Source of the DNA: Basidiobolus meristosporus CBS 931.73
Lineage: Eukaryota; Fungi; Basidiobolomycota
Length of the DNA stretch: 64,000 bases
Direction of reading: 5' to 3'
NCBI GenBank assembly: GCA_002104905.1
Contig: MCFE01000221.1
Location: 59,783-123,782 of the forward strand
Of the stretch, positions 1 to 14,054 are shown piece by piece. Position numbers and translations under genes: made by a program. How positions within the stretch are numbered: the stretch's first letter is position 1; every line of letters begins with the position of its first letter. The notes under the pieces were generated by a model. The model ran no database searches, was not told the DNA's origin, and saw nothing but the letters and a program-made list of their open reading frames with translations.

Positions 1-1584
1 GATACTGGAAAAATTTGACAGCATTGGCAAGATATTGCAGAGAATCTGCTACCCTATATACTTCTCACAGGCTCCAATTAACACTCATACACATATGCAA
101 CTATACAAATGCAATGACTGGATGAAGTGGATATGTATTTATTCAAGTGGCACTCTGAAGCCATTCCTACCAAGAGTACATAGGAAGCATTGGTAGTCAT
201 ATGAGGACATTGTTGGAATATTTATCTAGAAGTGGATCACCAATGCCAACTTGACGCATTTACAACTGTTGCATGAGGAGTTTGTGATAGGAACTGAGTG
301 GCTATACTACAAACATACAGCTGAGTGTATAGATCACTGCTGCTACTGTATCTATTCACTATTCCATCTTGCATGGTGTGTGGAGAATATTGGGCCTTGC
401 TTCACCTTTTGGGCGTTTCCTAAGGAGCAGATGTGTGGGGAGATTGGAAGACAAGTCAAGTTGCAGGCACTACCATATTCCAATCTCATCAAGAATATTA
501 CCTTCAAGTCTGTCATGGATGTAATGAGTTGGCACATGGAGGACAGCCAGTAAGAGTTGGAAAATACTGAGGACAAATGTGCACATGGAGACACCTATGC
601 CTATGGCATTAAGAAGCTAAGCAGCCCCAATGAGTGGGTAATCAGTCAAGTAATGCAAAGTTGGGCTGGGTGCAACAAGCAACTAATTTTTATTAGGAAA
701 ACTCTACCAAGGCATGCCAGATTTCTCTTGGTTACATGCCAACTTCTACACCATTCAATATGGAATCCACACAAACAAAGGCCAGAGTGCACCTATAAGG
801 GGGGCTAGAATCCAGTAGGGAGAAGGAATATATTGGCTAAATGCCAAGAAGTTCTTTGCAGATATTCAGGAGGTATTCATGGCATAGGTGGCAACAACCA
901 AACATATGTTTGCAAGTTGTATAGGTTACTAGCAGTACAAAGTATATGGCAACTTTGCAAGTATCACACTTAAAAGCTGTAAAGTTGAGGTGGTGGAAGT
1001 ATGTCAATTGCAGAAGGTGTGTGTGTTTGCAGAGGTTAGTAAGCAGGAGGCCATAGTTTTTTTTGATTTGAACTATATGTGGAATACCCAAGGTAGTAGT
1101 GGGTAAGCAAGTAAAGAGGGATGATTCTACAGTGGAATATGTTAATTGCACAAGGGGAGGTAAAAAAAGTAAATACCATTTTGTAAATTGGTACGGTAGC
1201 ATTATACAGAACCAGCTGTAGGCTATTATACTGCCAATATCATGCCATGAGCATCTTGGAGTGAGGCTGTCAAAATATTGTCAAGTTTCTTGCCATTTAA
1301 GGCAACTGGATGTCCTGGCCAGTAAAATCCACTTAAAATAGTTGTAGAATGCTAAAAGACCGCAACAATATCATACAATTATTGTCACAGCACCAATCAA
1401 ATCTTGTCAAGTCTTATCTCTTTATTTGGTAGTAAAATTAGCAAAACTCCATTGTGATCCAGTCATAAGATTGTTAAGAGGGTCACTAATTCCAAGCTGC
1501 TGGTATTAGGACAGTCTCTAAATGGGATCCTGACAGTTGATCTGGATTGGATCCACCTGCAGGACCAAATCATTATTCATAGGG
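1..1584 (+). mobile_element. 3' part of a decayed CACTA/EnSpm-like DNA transposon, ending in a terminal repeat (...TTATTCATAGGG)
   Basis: Fragmented frames give HLxxxVxNIGPCFTFWAFPKEQMCGEIG, typical of the C-terminal part of Tnp2-type transposases. The segment aligns by eye with ~12085-13658 and ends in the same CATAGGG terminus at 1584. Confidence 0.7.
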
Positions 1585-2069
1585 AGAGCATTACAGCAAA
1601 AATACTTATTGAGTGGTGGATTTTAATGTAGGTACTCATAGAGTGTGGGGTTGGGCTTAATGTTAATGTAGGGTATAGGGACTTGTATAGGTCAATATAA
1701 TTGGCAATTTAGGTACAACTGTAGCCTAACAGAAATAAGTCAATTTATCTACATAAATAGTAAGAGAAACAGTTGAGTGAGGGAGTAAGGACTGTGAAAA
1801 AGAGGCAATAGCCAATCAATGTACAAAAGTGTAAAAGGTGATCAAGTGTCTAGGATAAGAAAGTTAGCAAATTGGCAGGGAACCAGTGAAAAGCCACTAC
1901 TATATTGTTGTGATGAAAAATTTTGACAAAGTTTTTTGTGAAATCTGCAGTGCAATTATTTTTCAGTGGTGTTTGCATGGTGTCCTGACAGGATCTGTAC
2001 CTCTTAGTCATGGGACCTTAAATTTGTGATGGCCATTTGATGGAATCATTACAATAATTTCTCATAGGG
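1585..2069 (+). mobile_element. Terminal ~485-bp fragment of a CCCTATG-ended element
   Basis: Homologous to 4407-4891 (agagcattacagca.aaatactta.tgagtggtggattttaatg...). Ends in CAATAATTTCTCATAGGG at 2069. Confidence 0.7.
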
Positions 2070-2089
2070 TATCAAGTGGCTGGCAAGAT

Positions 2090-4891
2090 ATTGTTGGTAC
2101 AGTAGTGACTGGTGAATGGTCAAATATGACTTGTGTGGCAAAACACTGGCGGTGATCCTTGTAATACTTCCTTCACTGTCTGAGTGCTTCATGACTGAGA
2201 GGCTTGCTACAATAGACACATGGTCTTTTTTCTCTTCTCTTACAGTATTGAGTCAAAGTAGTCATGTTCATGGGGGAAGCAGTTTGCCACTCAACAATGT
2301 AATGCTAATATATCACTTTTCTATCAATACTCATGTGAACTTACGAGAGTCCTGCATTTAATACAGCACACCTACATGAATGTAAGATCCAATGATGACC
2401 TGCCATAGTAAGCATTCTGAGTCAAGTTGTGGCACCACATACATATGTATATGCATCACCATTTCCTCTTTGGTTTGACTAACTTCTATATATATATCAC
2501 CTGAAACTAAAGCAATGCTGTCTGGTTCCCAACCAAACCCCACTGCTTACAGCAGCAGAAGAATGAATGGACAACTGCTTACTTTGACATTCAGTGCAAC
2601 AATCAGGGCTACAGCTAAAAATGGACCTGTGGACAGTGTGCATGCTGAAGGTAATAATGCAGACTCCTGAGGCTCTCAGTCAAGTAGGCAATTTGGAATC
2701 TCTGTGTAGCTGCTAGCTGACTGTATTGTGGAGGCCGATAAAAATGTAGCAAAAGCTGTACTCTTAGTTTAAGACCAGCAGGTGGCCATCATAACATCAC
2801 CACCACCTTTGTTAGCAAGTAAGTTGTCAGCTCATACCAATGCACTAATGAGGCAATTAGCTTCAGTGGCTAATAGGATAGATGCAATGGCCCAGAGAAA
2901 TCTGGAAATAGTCCAGAAACAAAATGAGCAGATAAAAGGTGTCAAGCAATTAATATTGCCATTGGGAGGAAGCAACATCTTTGCTGCAAAGAAGGAACTC
3001 AAGTAGCTCAATTTTGCAGCCAAGAATAAAGCCATTTTCTGATGTGACAGCAGAGGGACACCACTCAGTCCTTGAAGCAGAACAACAGTGCCTAAAGCTT
3101 ATGCCCACAAAAAAACCTATTGCAGCATGGGATGGAGAAAATGTAGTGGTCATACCAAAGCCAAAAAATGAGAACACATCAAAGATCCATCAAGCCATTA
3201 AGTGCAATGATGAAGAGTGGGCTAATATTCTGGAGGCCTCTAGAAGTCTAGCACTCCAACACCTCAAGGCTGGCATACTAAGAGATCATCAGTAACTCAA
3301 TGCCAAGCAGAATGCGCTTGACTTACTCCATCAGAATATCCATGTTTCAAACCAGCAAGCAGATTTTGGGCCAGCATTGGTATGCTAAGAAAGTATCTTA
3401 AGAATAGCAGAAATTATCAAAGGCTGAAGAACAAGGGTGTAATGGCTAAAAGCCAGCAGCTGCCGGAAGAGCTTGTTAAAAACAGGGCCAAAAGCTCCAA
3501 ACAAGCATCAAAGAGACATCAATGGCTGGAAGAGTACCAATAAGGGAGAAGCAGGCAGTCACAGATGCACATGCACAACATTGACCAAGGAAGAAGTGTA
3601 GTTCTGCTCAAGAAACACTTGGTCAAAGTAGCAGTGAAGGACCTGGCAGTGGTAAAAACAAGTGGCTACCTCAGGAGCCTGCCACAGCATTGACTGAGAG
3701 CTCAAAACAGGCAGGAAAGAAGCATCAGGTTGCCTGCAGAGTGCCAGCAAGGGACCAACAGGTCAAAACAGATGCATCAGTGGAGTATTTATCAAGGATA
3801 AAATGTAATTGAATACAGGAAGCACTTAAACAAAGTAGCAGTGAAAGACCTGGCAGTAATAAAGGAAAAGGTAAAGGGGAAAAAGTCTACCCTAGCCAGA
3901 GACAGGGAAGTGTGAGAAAAAAGCTGCAGTTTTGCGAATTAACACTGTAAGCCTGGAACTGGCTGAGTCCCATTATAGCCAAAAAGAATTACCAACAAGA
4001 AAACAGCTGTTTTCACAAGAGCTGGTAGTGCAGCCAGTTCAGCTACACTCTAGTGAGGTAGATGAGTTTGAAGAGAAAGACAATTTGTCTACCTCAGCCT
4101 CCACACCCTACATTGTTCACAGAGCGGAGATCCTACAGACAAACAAAGTAACAATGTCAAGAACTTAAAAGGTTATCACAATGCCTTTGGTGGAATTTTA
4201 GAACATTGATAGGCACACCAAGAGGTTGCAGCACTTCTTCAAGAGCAGTGCTCTAGAAAACTCACTTGAATATTGCAAGGATTTATTGCAAAGACTGGCA
4301 GATAAGGGGCTAGACCTTGCAGTACTGGCTGAAGACCAGGACATATGGAAACTAGTGAAAGAACAATGGCATAAAGCTGTAGGGGGCCTGCCAAAGCTGT
4401 GAAAACAGAGCATTACAGCAGAAATACTTACTGAGTGGTGGATTTTAATGGAGTTACTTGCTGACTGTGGGGTTGGGCTTAATGTTGATGTAGGGCATAG
4501 GGACTTGTATAGGTCAATACAATTGACATTTGATGTAAAACTGAAGTTTCAACAGAAATAAATCAATTTGTATTCATGAAAAGTAAAAGAAACAGTTGAG
4601 GCAGGTAGTAAGGAGTATGAAAAAGAGGCAATAGCCAATCAATGCACATAAACATAGCTGGTGATATAGTACCAGGGATCAGAAAGTGAGAAAGTTGGCA
4701 GATAACCAATTAAAAGCTATGCTTGCGCTGTTGTGATGAAAAATTTTTACCAAGTTTTTTATGATATCTGGGGTGCAATTATTTTTGATGGTCTTTGTAC
4801 AGTGTCCTGATGAAATCAATACCTCTTAGTCACAGGACTTTAATTTTGTTACAGCCTTTTAGTAGGATGATCACAATTATTTTTCATAGGG
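2090..4891 (+). mobile_element. Decayed element arm ending in ...CACAATTATTTTTCATAGGG; inverted partner of 4924-~7770
   Basis: Broken ORFs 2116-2361, 2782-3295 and ~3400-3530 match minus-strand ORFs 7031-7768, 6473-6799 and 5718-5987 (e.g. SPPPLLASKLSAHTNALMRQL vs SPPRVLASMVLAHTKALMRQL). Confidence 0.7.
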
Positions 4892-4923
4892 TTAAAGTAA
4901 ATGTAGTTGAAGATGCTGTGTTG

Positions 4924-7770
4924 CCCTATGAAAAATTATTGTGATAATCCCATCAAAAGGCTGTCACAGATACTAAGTCCTGCAACCAAGAGGTATTGAC
5001 CCATCAGGACACCAAGCTAAGACCATTGAAAAATATTTCCATCCCAGATCTCACAAAAAACTTAATCAAAACTTTTCATTGCAACAATACAAAAGTGGCT
5101 TTTGATTGGTCCTCTGCCAATTCTCACACTTCCTGATTCCAGACACTCAATTCCTTCTTACATTTGTGTTAATTGATAGGCTATTGCCTCTTTTTTACAC
5201 TCCTTACTACCTGACTCAACCAATTCTTCTACTTTCATGCATATGTATTGATTTATTTCCGTTGTAACTTCAGTTGCACCTCAATTGCCAACTGTATTGA
5301 CCTATACAAGTTGCTATACCCAACACTGATACTAAGCCCAACCCACGCCCAGCAAGTACTCCATTGAAGTATGCCATTCAATAAGTGTATTGGCTGTAAT
5401 GCCCTTTTTCATGACTTTGGTATGAACCCTAAAGCTTTGTGCCACTATTCATTCAATGTTCCCATACATTGTGGTTTTCAGCCAACACTGCAAGGTTTAG
5501 CAGCTCATCTGCCAGTCTTTGCAATAAATCCTTGCAATACTCTGGTGCATTCTCTTGAATACCGCTCTTGAAGAAGTGCTGCAACCTCTTGGTGTGCCCA
5601 TTAATATGCCAAAATTTAACAACAGGCATGGTGATAGTCTTTTGAGTGCTTGATGCTGCTACCTTGGCTTTCAGTGTGAACTCCACTCTGTCTACAATGG
5701 AGGATGTGGAGGCTGTGCTAGAAAAGTCCTTCACTGCTGCTGTGACTAAGTCCTTCATGTATTGAACTACATTTTCTCCATGATAAGTGCTGCACTGGTG
5801 GATCTGTTTCAGCCTGCCTGTCCCAAACTGGCACTCTTTGGGTTACCTGCCATTTCTTTGCCACTTGCTTGGAGCTTTCAGCCCTGCTTGTGACAAGCTC
5901 TTGAGGAAGCTGCTGGTTTTTAGCCATGGCACCTGTGCTCTTCTGCCTTTGATAGTTTTTGCTATTCTTGAGATACTTTCTTTGCATACCAATGCTGGCC
6001 CAAAATTTGTTTGCTTGCTTGAAACCAGGATAATGCTCATGGAACAGGTCAAGCTCATTCTGCTTGACCTTAGGTTCCAGATGGTCCTATGGGATGCCAG
6101 CTTAAGATGATGCTATGCTAGACTACCAATTGCCTCTTAAATATTAGCCCATTCTTCATCATTGCCCTCAATAGCTTCACAGATCTTCAGTGTCTTTTGA
6201 TTTTTAGGCTTGGGCATACACACCACATTCTCTCCCTCACATGCTGTGATAGGTTCTTATGACAGCTTTATCTTTGGGCACGGTTGTTGTGCCTCAATGA
6301 CTGCATGATGCTCCTCTGCTGCTACATTGGGGATTGGCTCAACTCTTGGCTATGATATTGAGCTACTTGAATTCCTTTTTTGTAGCAAATATACTGCATT
6401 CTCTATCTGGGATACTCATTGCTCTACATATATTATTTGTTGGTCCTGTTTCTGGGCTATTTCCCAGTTTCTCTAGGCCATTGCATCTATCTTATCAGTC
6501 ACTGTACCTAGTTGCCTCATTAATGCTTTGGTATGAGCTAACACCATACTTGCTAAGACACGTGGTGGTGATGATACAAAGGCCATTTGCTGGGCTTCAA
6601 CAGAGAGTACTGCATTTGCTACATTCTCATCTACCTGAGCATTATGGTCAGCTTGCAGCTCTGCAGAGATTCTCATTTTCCTACTTGCCTGGGAGCTTGA
6701 GGAATCTGCATTAGTACCTTTAGTGGGTGCATTGGCAACATGGTTTTTTTTTATGTAGCCCTTCTTGTTGCACTGAATGGCAAAGCAAGCTGTTGTCAAA
6801 ATGTTCTTCCACTGCTGTCAATGGTGTGGTTAGGTAGGGAACCAGAGAACTTTGTATTATTTTTTGGCTGTATATATATATGGTGGTGAGTCAGACCAAA
6901 GGGGTAATAGTGTTACATATACATGTGTATGTGGTGCTACATCTTTATTTATAATGCTTACTATGACAGGTCATCATTGAATCTTACATTCATCTAGGTG
7001 CAATGTCTCAAATACAAGACTATTTTAAGTTCACATGGGTATTGAAGAAAAGTGATATAAGAGTGGTATGTTGTTGAGTGTCAAACTGTTGGTACCATGG
7101 AGAAGATTACTTAGATGCAATGCCATAAGAGAAGAGAGAAGAGACCATATGGATATTGTAATAAGTCTCTCAGCCATGAAGCATGCACAAAGCATAGGAT
7201 GTCTTACAAGGATCACAGACAGTGTTTTACCACACAAGTAATAGACTTGTTCCATTGTACCATGCCAGGGTGCGTGGTGTAATCCGCGGTCTTTAAGAAC
7301 AATCAGGCACAATATTGTAGCTACCAGTAGGCAAGATTGCACTTGGATAATCTTGCACCATGTGGGACAATCTTGCACATTATGGCACAATCTGACACAT
7401 TGAGGTTGGCACAAATGATTGCGCCCACTTGTAAAGTTTGCAGCACATGCGCAATTGGATACCACTATTATGGTAGGTAAAATCTGGTATTCAGATATGT
7501 TTCTTTGATGTAAATGGAAATAAATGTGTATTACACTATAAATTACACAGATCCTTACCATTTTGGTTACCATCACTCCAATTGGATGGTATATCAGTGT
7601 GTAATTGGTCCAAAGGTGTCCTGAAGCTTTCAGCCCCCAATTGGCTCTTTGACCAATACACAAGCTACCTGATTTGCCATGAAATATCCCATTTTGCCCA
7701 TTAAGCAAGTAAATCTCTAATCCTAGTGATTGGACATAGCTAGCACATAACCAATTGTATGGGTGCAAAT
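4924..7770 (-). mobile_element. Decayed element arm starting CCCTATGAAAAATTATTGTG (probable left end of a CACTA-like element)
   Basis: The reverse complement of 4924-5014 matches 4801-4891. Degenerate ORFs are homologous to those in 2090-4891. The inner boundary is approximate. Confidence 0.65.
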
Positions 7771-8585
7771 CTGATCAAATGGCTGCACTGGTGCCACAGA
7801 TGATGTATACATATGCAGGGTGTTTATTTATAGCGGTCCTGTCTCAAATGTGAGACAACCTTAATATTGGTTAAATCAAAAATTTAGTGATCACTGATTT
7901 GCAATGGCTTGATGCAGATTGCAAAAAAAAATGCATTGTTTAGATAATTACAAATAATAGCAGTTCAATGCAATTGCATCATCTTCTCCTAGGCTTTTTT
8001 TTCACAGGGATTAGTACTGAAGCGTTTGGTAGTGATTCACTTTGCACACCTACACTACTTACTTGTTGACTATCCTCTTAGCTACTTGTGTATTTGTAGT
8101 CTGTATTTTGCCTGCTAGTTGATGAGTGCAATGCTGCAGCTTGGCCATGATGAATTGCTCTAAATGATGCAACTGAGCTGGCCTGTAGTGCTATGCGCTG
8201 ACGCGTTCTTTTACTTGCCAAAGGCTCTGGTGGTGGAGGCACTTCATGCAGGTCATCATCTGTCAGTTCACCAGAAGAAACTTGGTGATGGTCAGCTGTA
8301 ATGGCACACACAGATGCAACCTGATGTGCTGGCATGGCCCTTGGCTGAGTCTGATGTGATGCTGCTTGTTGACGCAACTTGGCCCACTCCAATGGACATG
8401 TGTCTTTTTGAGCAGTTTGGCAGGTTCTGGTGGTTTTGCTCTGAAGCATGCGTGTTGACCCAATACATGTTGAGTCAATATTGGGCGCTCTTGTGATGGG
8501 TGTTGGCATAGTTTGGACTGACATGCATCAGCGTGCTGAAGTTGCAAGGGATGATAAGGAATCCAGCAAGGCGTGCTGGTGCAAT

Positions 8586-9227
8586 CTAGATGGATGTTGC
8601 TTGCGGTCTGTATTCATCCTCTTGAAGCTCACCTTCTGATTCCTCAAGGTATTCAGTTACTCTCTGTCTAATACTTTGCAACTGTTGCCTGGATGAGTCC
8701 TGTGTATATTGCTCTTGGAAGCCACTTAGCTCTACTAATATATCACGTAATACATTAGTCATTTGAGGCAAAAACTCATTCAAAATATTCTTGGTTCCCA
8801 AATTCATGGTATGAACGGACATGTTTGGCCTGTACCGTGCAAATTGCGCACAAAATTGTTCCTGCGTGGCTTCCTCATCAAATCCCTTCACTCTCAGCTC
8901 ATTCTTGATTTCAATACTTGTCTTGTTATATATCTTCTTACATACATCCACTGGCATCTTGATGTAGAACTCATGCCACAGCTTTCTACTCAGGTTCTTC
9001 CATCTCTGTCTACTCTCCAAGGTATCTAGTTCCGCTAGATTAATGAGTAGTGCCCAAATATCTGTATGAAGGCTCATCATAGACACTTGGGCCATACTGA
9101 AATCATTTGGCAAGAGCTCAGATGGATCCAACATTGCCTTTTCCGGTCTGGACCGCACTTGTGAGCTGGGGGATGGGTTTTGTTTGGGTTGAACCAAAGA
9201 TGAGTTGAGACTTAGTATAGGGACCAT
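8586..9227 (-). CDS. Hypothetical TE-associated protein, possibly the Myb/SANT-like accessory ORF of a Harbinger element
   Basis: Open frame of ~180-210 codons with a RQRWKNLSRKLW...VCKKIYNK helix pattern, divergent from the neighbouring DDE transposase. The family assignment is inference only. Confidence 0.35.
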   Translation of the reverse strand: MVPILSLNSSLVQPKQNPSPSSQVRSRPEKAMLDPSELLPNDFSMAQVSMMSLHTDIWALLINLAELDTLESRQRWKNLSRKLWHEFYIKMPVDVCKKIYNKTSIEIKNELRVKGFDEEATQEQFCAQFARYRPNMSVHTMNLGTKNILNEFLPQMTNVLRDILVELSGFQEQYTQDSSRQQLQSIRQRVTEYLEESEGELQEDEYRPQATSI

Positions 9228-9899
9228 AGTGACAGATTTGGATACTTATACAGTGGTGTATTGGCATCAACCTGGTCTTATATGATATATATATGAAAAC
9301 TAATGTGATTGTTGAATTTTCCATATATTATGCATGATGCATCTTGGATTGCATTGACACAGATCAGATCACATCAATTGCAGATTTCCTATTTGATAAT
9401 AGACTTGTGAGTAAAACATCAATAAAAACACCCAGTCATTGCTTGAGGATGATTTTTGCAACATAATGAAGGGATACATGGCAATTGATGGAGATTTAAT
9501 CATAATGCATGGGAAATCAGATAAATAAAGCTGATTGTGCCAAATCAAATCAGATCATCTCAGCGCAATCCCTTCCAATTTTAATATGACTTCACATCTG
9601 AATGGTCTTTTCTCATCAGTCCCATCACTACCACTGGATTTCATTTTGGCACCCTAGAGGGGATCTATACCAAGTACTGTGGTCCATATACCCCAATCTA
9701 CTCAAGGAGATCCCTTGTTAAGCTTCTCTGCTATTACAAGAACTATTGCCCTACAAGGTTTCATCCCACCATCCATGGCAACAAAAGTCCTAGAAGCATT
9801 CATTCTCAGCTGACAGCAATGAGGAACCACCTTGCAGAGGGTATGAATGACTTATAGCAAGCTTGGCGTACTAGGTTCAGAAGCTTAAATAGACTTCCA

Positions 9900-10468
9900 T
9901 ATCCCATAGTGTTCAGCAACAGGTTCCATATCAGGAGTATTTTGATACCTTCCCAGTGAGGATTTACAGACCATCTAGAGGGCAGAGGCTCTTTTATTCT
10001 GGCAAGTACAAGGCACACTGTGTGAAATTTCAAGCACTGTCTGATATTGAGGGTAACATCATCTGGTTTAGTGGGCTATTTGCTGGAAGTAGGCATGACA
10101 AAGAACTCTGGGTAGAGAATCATCAAGAATTCAGTAGAGGGGAGAAATGTATGGCAGACTTATCATATATAGGAGAGGATTGTCAGAGATTAGGATGTAT
10201 TATAGCTTATAGGAAGCCAAGAAATGGTGTGCTTAGAAGGAAGCAGAAGCTCTACATTGAGATATTTAATCACTTCAGAGTGAGGGTAGAGCATACATTT
10301 GGATATCTGAAGAGATTCAGCATATTGGCAGGTAAATACAGAGGAAAGTCATATATAGGAGAACACAGCAGAATAGGTAAAATAGTTAAGATACTTATCA
10401 ATGCACAGTATATTCATACAAGAAGATATCCACTGAGAGAAATGTATCTGGAGCATTATGAAGAGTAA
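9900..10468 (+). mobile_element. PIF/Harbinger-type (DDE_Tnp_4) transposase, C-terminal catalytic region; 5' part disrupted
   Basis: Motifs DTFPVRIYRP, YSGKYKAHCVKFQALSDIEG, GSRHDKELW, MADLSYIG and FNHFRVRVEHTFGYLKRF carry the DDE residues in the expected order. Confidence 0.85.
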
Positions 10469-10834
10469 ATAAAGCAAGGAAAGCACTACTCTGAGCAACA
10501 TAAGTAAAATTGAGTAAAATTACCAGTAACTATAACCTACCACTGGCATGATGGTAGAAGTTATAATGCCAGATAGTCCCAGATTGATCCACCACTATAA
10601 ACAGGCTGCCACTATGTGGCACTTTCCAACAGAACAAGTCTAATATATGACAACTTGTCAGTCACTGCTACACCAATAATATCTTGCTTGCCACTTGATA
10701 CTTCTATATTGACACCTAGTTGTAATTGTTACCTTGCACAAGCTGAGTCAGGTGAGTTTGGGACACCTTTAGGTTGACCTCAGCCATTTTAATATGGCAC
10801 ACAGAGTGATAGCTTTGAAGAAGAAGGCTCACTG

Positions 10835-13658
10835 ATGTATTGTGAGCCTATCGACCCTAACAACAGTACCCTGCATGAGCCTGGCAAAATCCTATTATTC
10901 AATGAGACAACACCCATGGAAAGAAATGCCAAGGATACTTTATTGAGTCAAGTGAGCCCAGTAATCCATCTACTGGTGAATGATGTGATGCTGTGGCTAG
11001 AGAAGTGGCACATATGCACTAATATCAGCTATGGGGGCTCTGAGGATTTATTATTACTTCTTGCCAAAATCATCCTAGGATGCAACTTACCATGTACACA
11101 GTATAAATGGAAAACCATTATGTAGCTGGCAACATATGACCCAGAGAGTGTTCTGATACCAGCATGTGTTAACAGTTGCATGGGATTCACATCAGAAAAT
11201 GCCACCATTGCAAGGTGTTGAACTTGTCAGTAATCCACCACAATTGGAGGAAAACATTGTTCACACCCCAAATATATTCCAGTAATACCCCATCTAAAGA
11301 AGCTTATGCAGTCAGACAAATATTGTGAGGCTATAAAGTTCTACACTCAGTGTCAATCAAGCACAAACATTTCCAATATATTTGATGGCAAACATTACAA
11401 ACAACTAAGAAGCAAGGGCTACTCTGAAGGTATGTATGACCATGCTTTTGGCTTGGCACTTGATGGACTTTCATTTAACAAGTATGCTACCAGCAAATCC
11501 TGCTGGCTGCTGATTCTCATCAACCTTGATCTGCCACCTATCATATAGTATCAGAGCAGAAGTCTGATGTTAGTCTTGCTGGTATCTAGGCCTAAATAGC
11601 TGTCCAACCTGGACAGCTACCTGTTTCTGTTGCTGGAGGAACTTTGTATGCCTTCCAGCAGGATACTACTATGTGGCCATCATATCACAGTGCATATATT
11701 ACCTGCATTGGAGATACCCCAGCCATCAACAAGATGGCTGGCTTTTCTGGATGCAATGGATGGTATTGCTTTCAGGTGTGTGAGATCCAGGGAATATACT
11801 CCATAACTCACACACAATATTGTTATCCTAACACCAACACTAAGAATATCATCTTCCCACAGAGGGAATGTACAGAAGTCAGCATGCAATTACAGCAAAG
11901 TTGGCAAGCTATAAGCTATTGGCCAAAATATGGAAGTAATTGGAAATCAGAGACACTTAAGATAGCAGGTATTTGTTGGAGCAAAAGCTTTCTACTGGGA
12001 GCAATGCATTTGCTTTGCAGCAATATCCCTATACTAATGAACAAGTTATACATGGGGCATCTCAGGCTGAATGAGCTCTTAGAGATACCAGAGAAATTTG
12101 AAAGAATTGGTAAGATATTACAGTGTATCTGCTACCCAAAGTACTTCTCACAAGCTCCAGTCAATATTCATATGCATATGCAACAATACAAATGCAAGGA
12201 CAGCATGAATTGGTTATGTTTTTATTCTAGTGGCCTTCTGAAGGCATTCCTAATAGAGTACATTGGAAGCATTGGGAGTCATTTGTTGACATTGTAGGAA
12301 TATTTATCCAGAAGTGGATCACCATTGCCAACTTGACACATCTACAGCTTTATGCAAGGTATTTGTTACAGGATTTGAGCAGCTATACTACAAGCATAAA
12401 GCTGAATGCATAGATCTCTGCCACTACTGTGTCCACTTGCTACTCCATCTTGCTTGATGTGTGGAAAATATTGGGCCTTGCTTCACCTTTTAGGAGTTTT
12501 CTGTGAAGCAGATGTGCAGGTAGATAGGAAGACAAGTCAAGTTGCAGGTAATACCATATCCCAATCTCATCAAGAATATTACCTTCAAGTCTGTCATGGA
12601 TGTGATCAGTTGGCACATGGAGGACAGCCAGGAAGAGTTGGAAAATACTGAGGACAGACATGTTCATGGAGACACCAATGCCTATGGCATTAAGATGCTA
12701 AGCAGCCCCAATGAGTGGGTAATCAGTTAAGTAATGCAAAGTTGAGCTGGGTGCAACAGGTACTAATTTTGATTAGGACAACTCCATCAAAGTATGCTGG
12801 GTTTCTCCTGGTCACAAGCCAATTTCTACACCATTCAATATGGAATTCACACAAACAAGAGCCAGAACACATCTACAAGGGGACTAGAGCTCATTAGGGA
12901 GAAGTAATAAGCTGGTTAAATACCAAGAAGCTCTTTGCATATAATCAGGAGGTATTTATGACAAAAGAGGCAGCAACCAAGTGTATGTTTGCAGAATGTA
13001 TATGTTACAAGCAATAGAAGGTATATGGCAACTTTGAAGTATCACACTAAAATGTCATAAAGTTGAGTTTATAGAAGTGTGTCAATTGCAGCAGGTGTGC
13101 ATATATATAATGGTTAGTTAGCAGGAGGCCATATTTATTTTTTATTTGACCTCTATGTGCAATACCTAGGGTTGTAGTGGGTAAGCTAATAAGTAAGGGA
13201 GACTCTACTGTGGAATATATGAATGGTGCCAGGGGAGGTAGAAAGATAAGATACCATTTGGTAAATTGGTACAGTAGGATTTTACAGAACTATCTGTAGG
13301 CTGCTGTACTGCCATGATAATGCCAGCAGAGGTTAGGAATGATGCAATCAGAACACTGCCAAGTTTCTTGCCATATAAGACTATAGGATGTACTAGCTGG
13401 CTAGGTCTGCTCAAATAAATGAAGAGCACATCAAGACTGTCAGAATGCCATGCAATTCCTGTTGAAAGACTGCTCAATCAATGTCAATTTTTTTACTTGC
13501 TGGCACTAAAATCAGAAAAAAGCCAATACAATCCCATCATATGATTGTATGGAGAGTCATTAATTCCAAGCTGCCAGCATTATAACAGAATCCTTGTGGG
13601 ATTGTGACAGCTGATCTAGATTGGAACCACCTGTGGGACCAAGTTATTATTCATAGGG
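10835..13658 (+). mobile_element. CACTA/EnSpm-like (Tnp2) transposase pseudogene with right terminus ...TTATTCATAGGG
   Basis: Fragments IFDGKHYKQL, AFGLALDGLSFNK, SCWLLILINLDLPP, CIGDTPAINKMAGFSG and ENIGPCFTF. Many stops and frameshifts. The terminus at 13658 matches the one at 1584. Confidence 0.8.
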
Positions 13659-14054
13659 TAATGCAAAGATAAATTGCTAATTCAATGCCCAAGAGCAAAA
13701 CTAGCAAAGAATTCCTGAGAAGCACCACAAGACACCTACCAGTCATGTTTAGCTGCTAAGAAAACTTACCCTAGACAAGATTTCTTTACTACAAAGATGC
13801 TTGCAGGAGATGGAATGAAAAGTCAACAAATAAAATTACCCTGTTTATTAATGCAATGGAATCTGTGAGTATTGAAGCTACTAATAAGGATGTTATGATT
13901 ACTCTCCTGAATAGGCTGACCAACTGGCTTTTGGGGCTTGTAGTAGCTGAGGAGTTCCAAACTGAGGATTTGAACATGAAGTATCTAGTTTGCAGACTCT
14001 CCAATGAGGTAGATGATGGGCTTGTTGACCAAGAAAACCCCCATTTGCTCTGAA

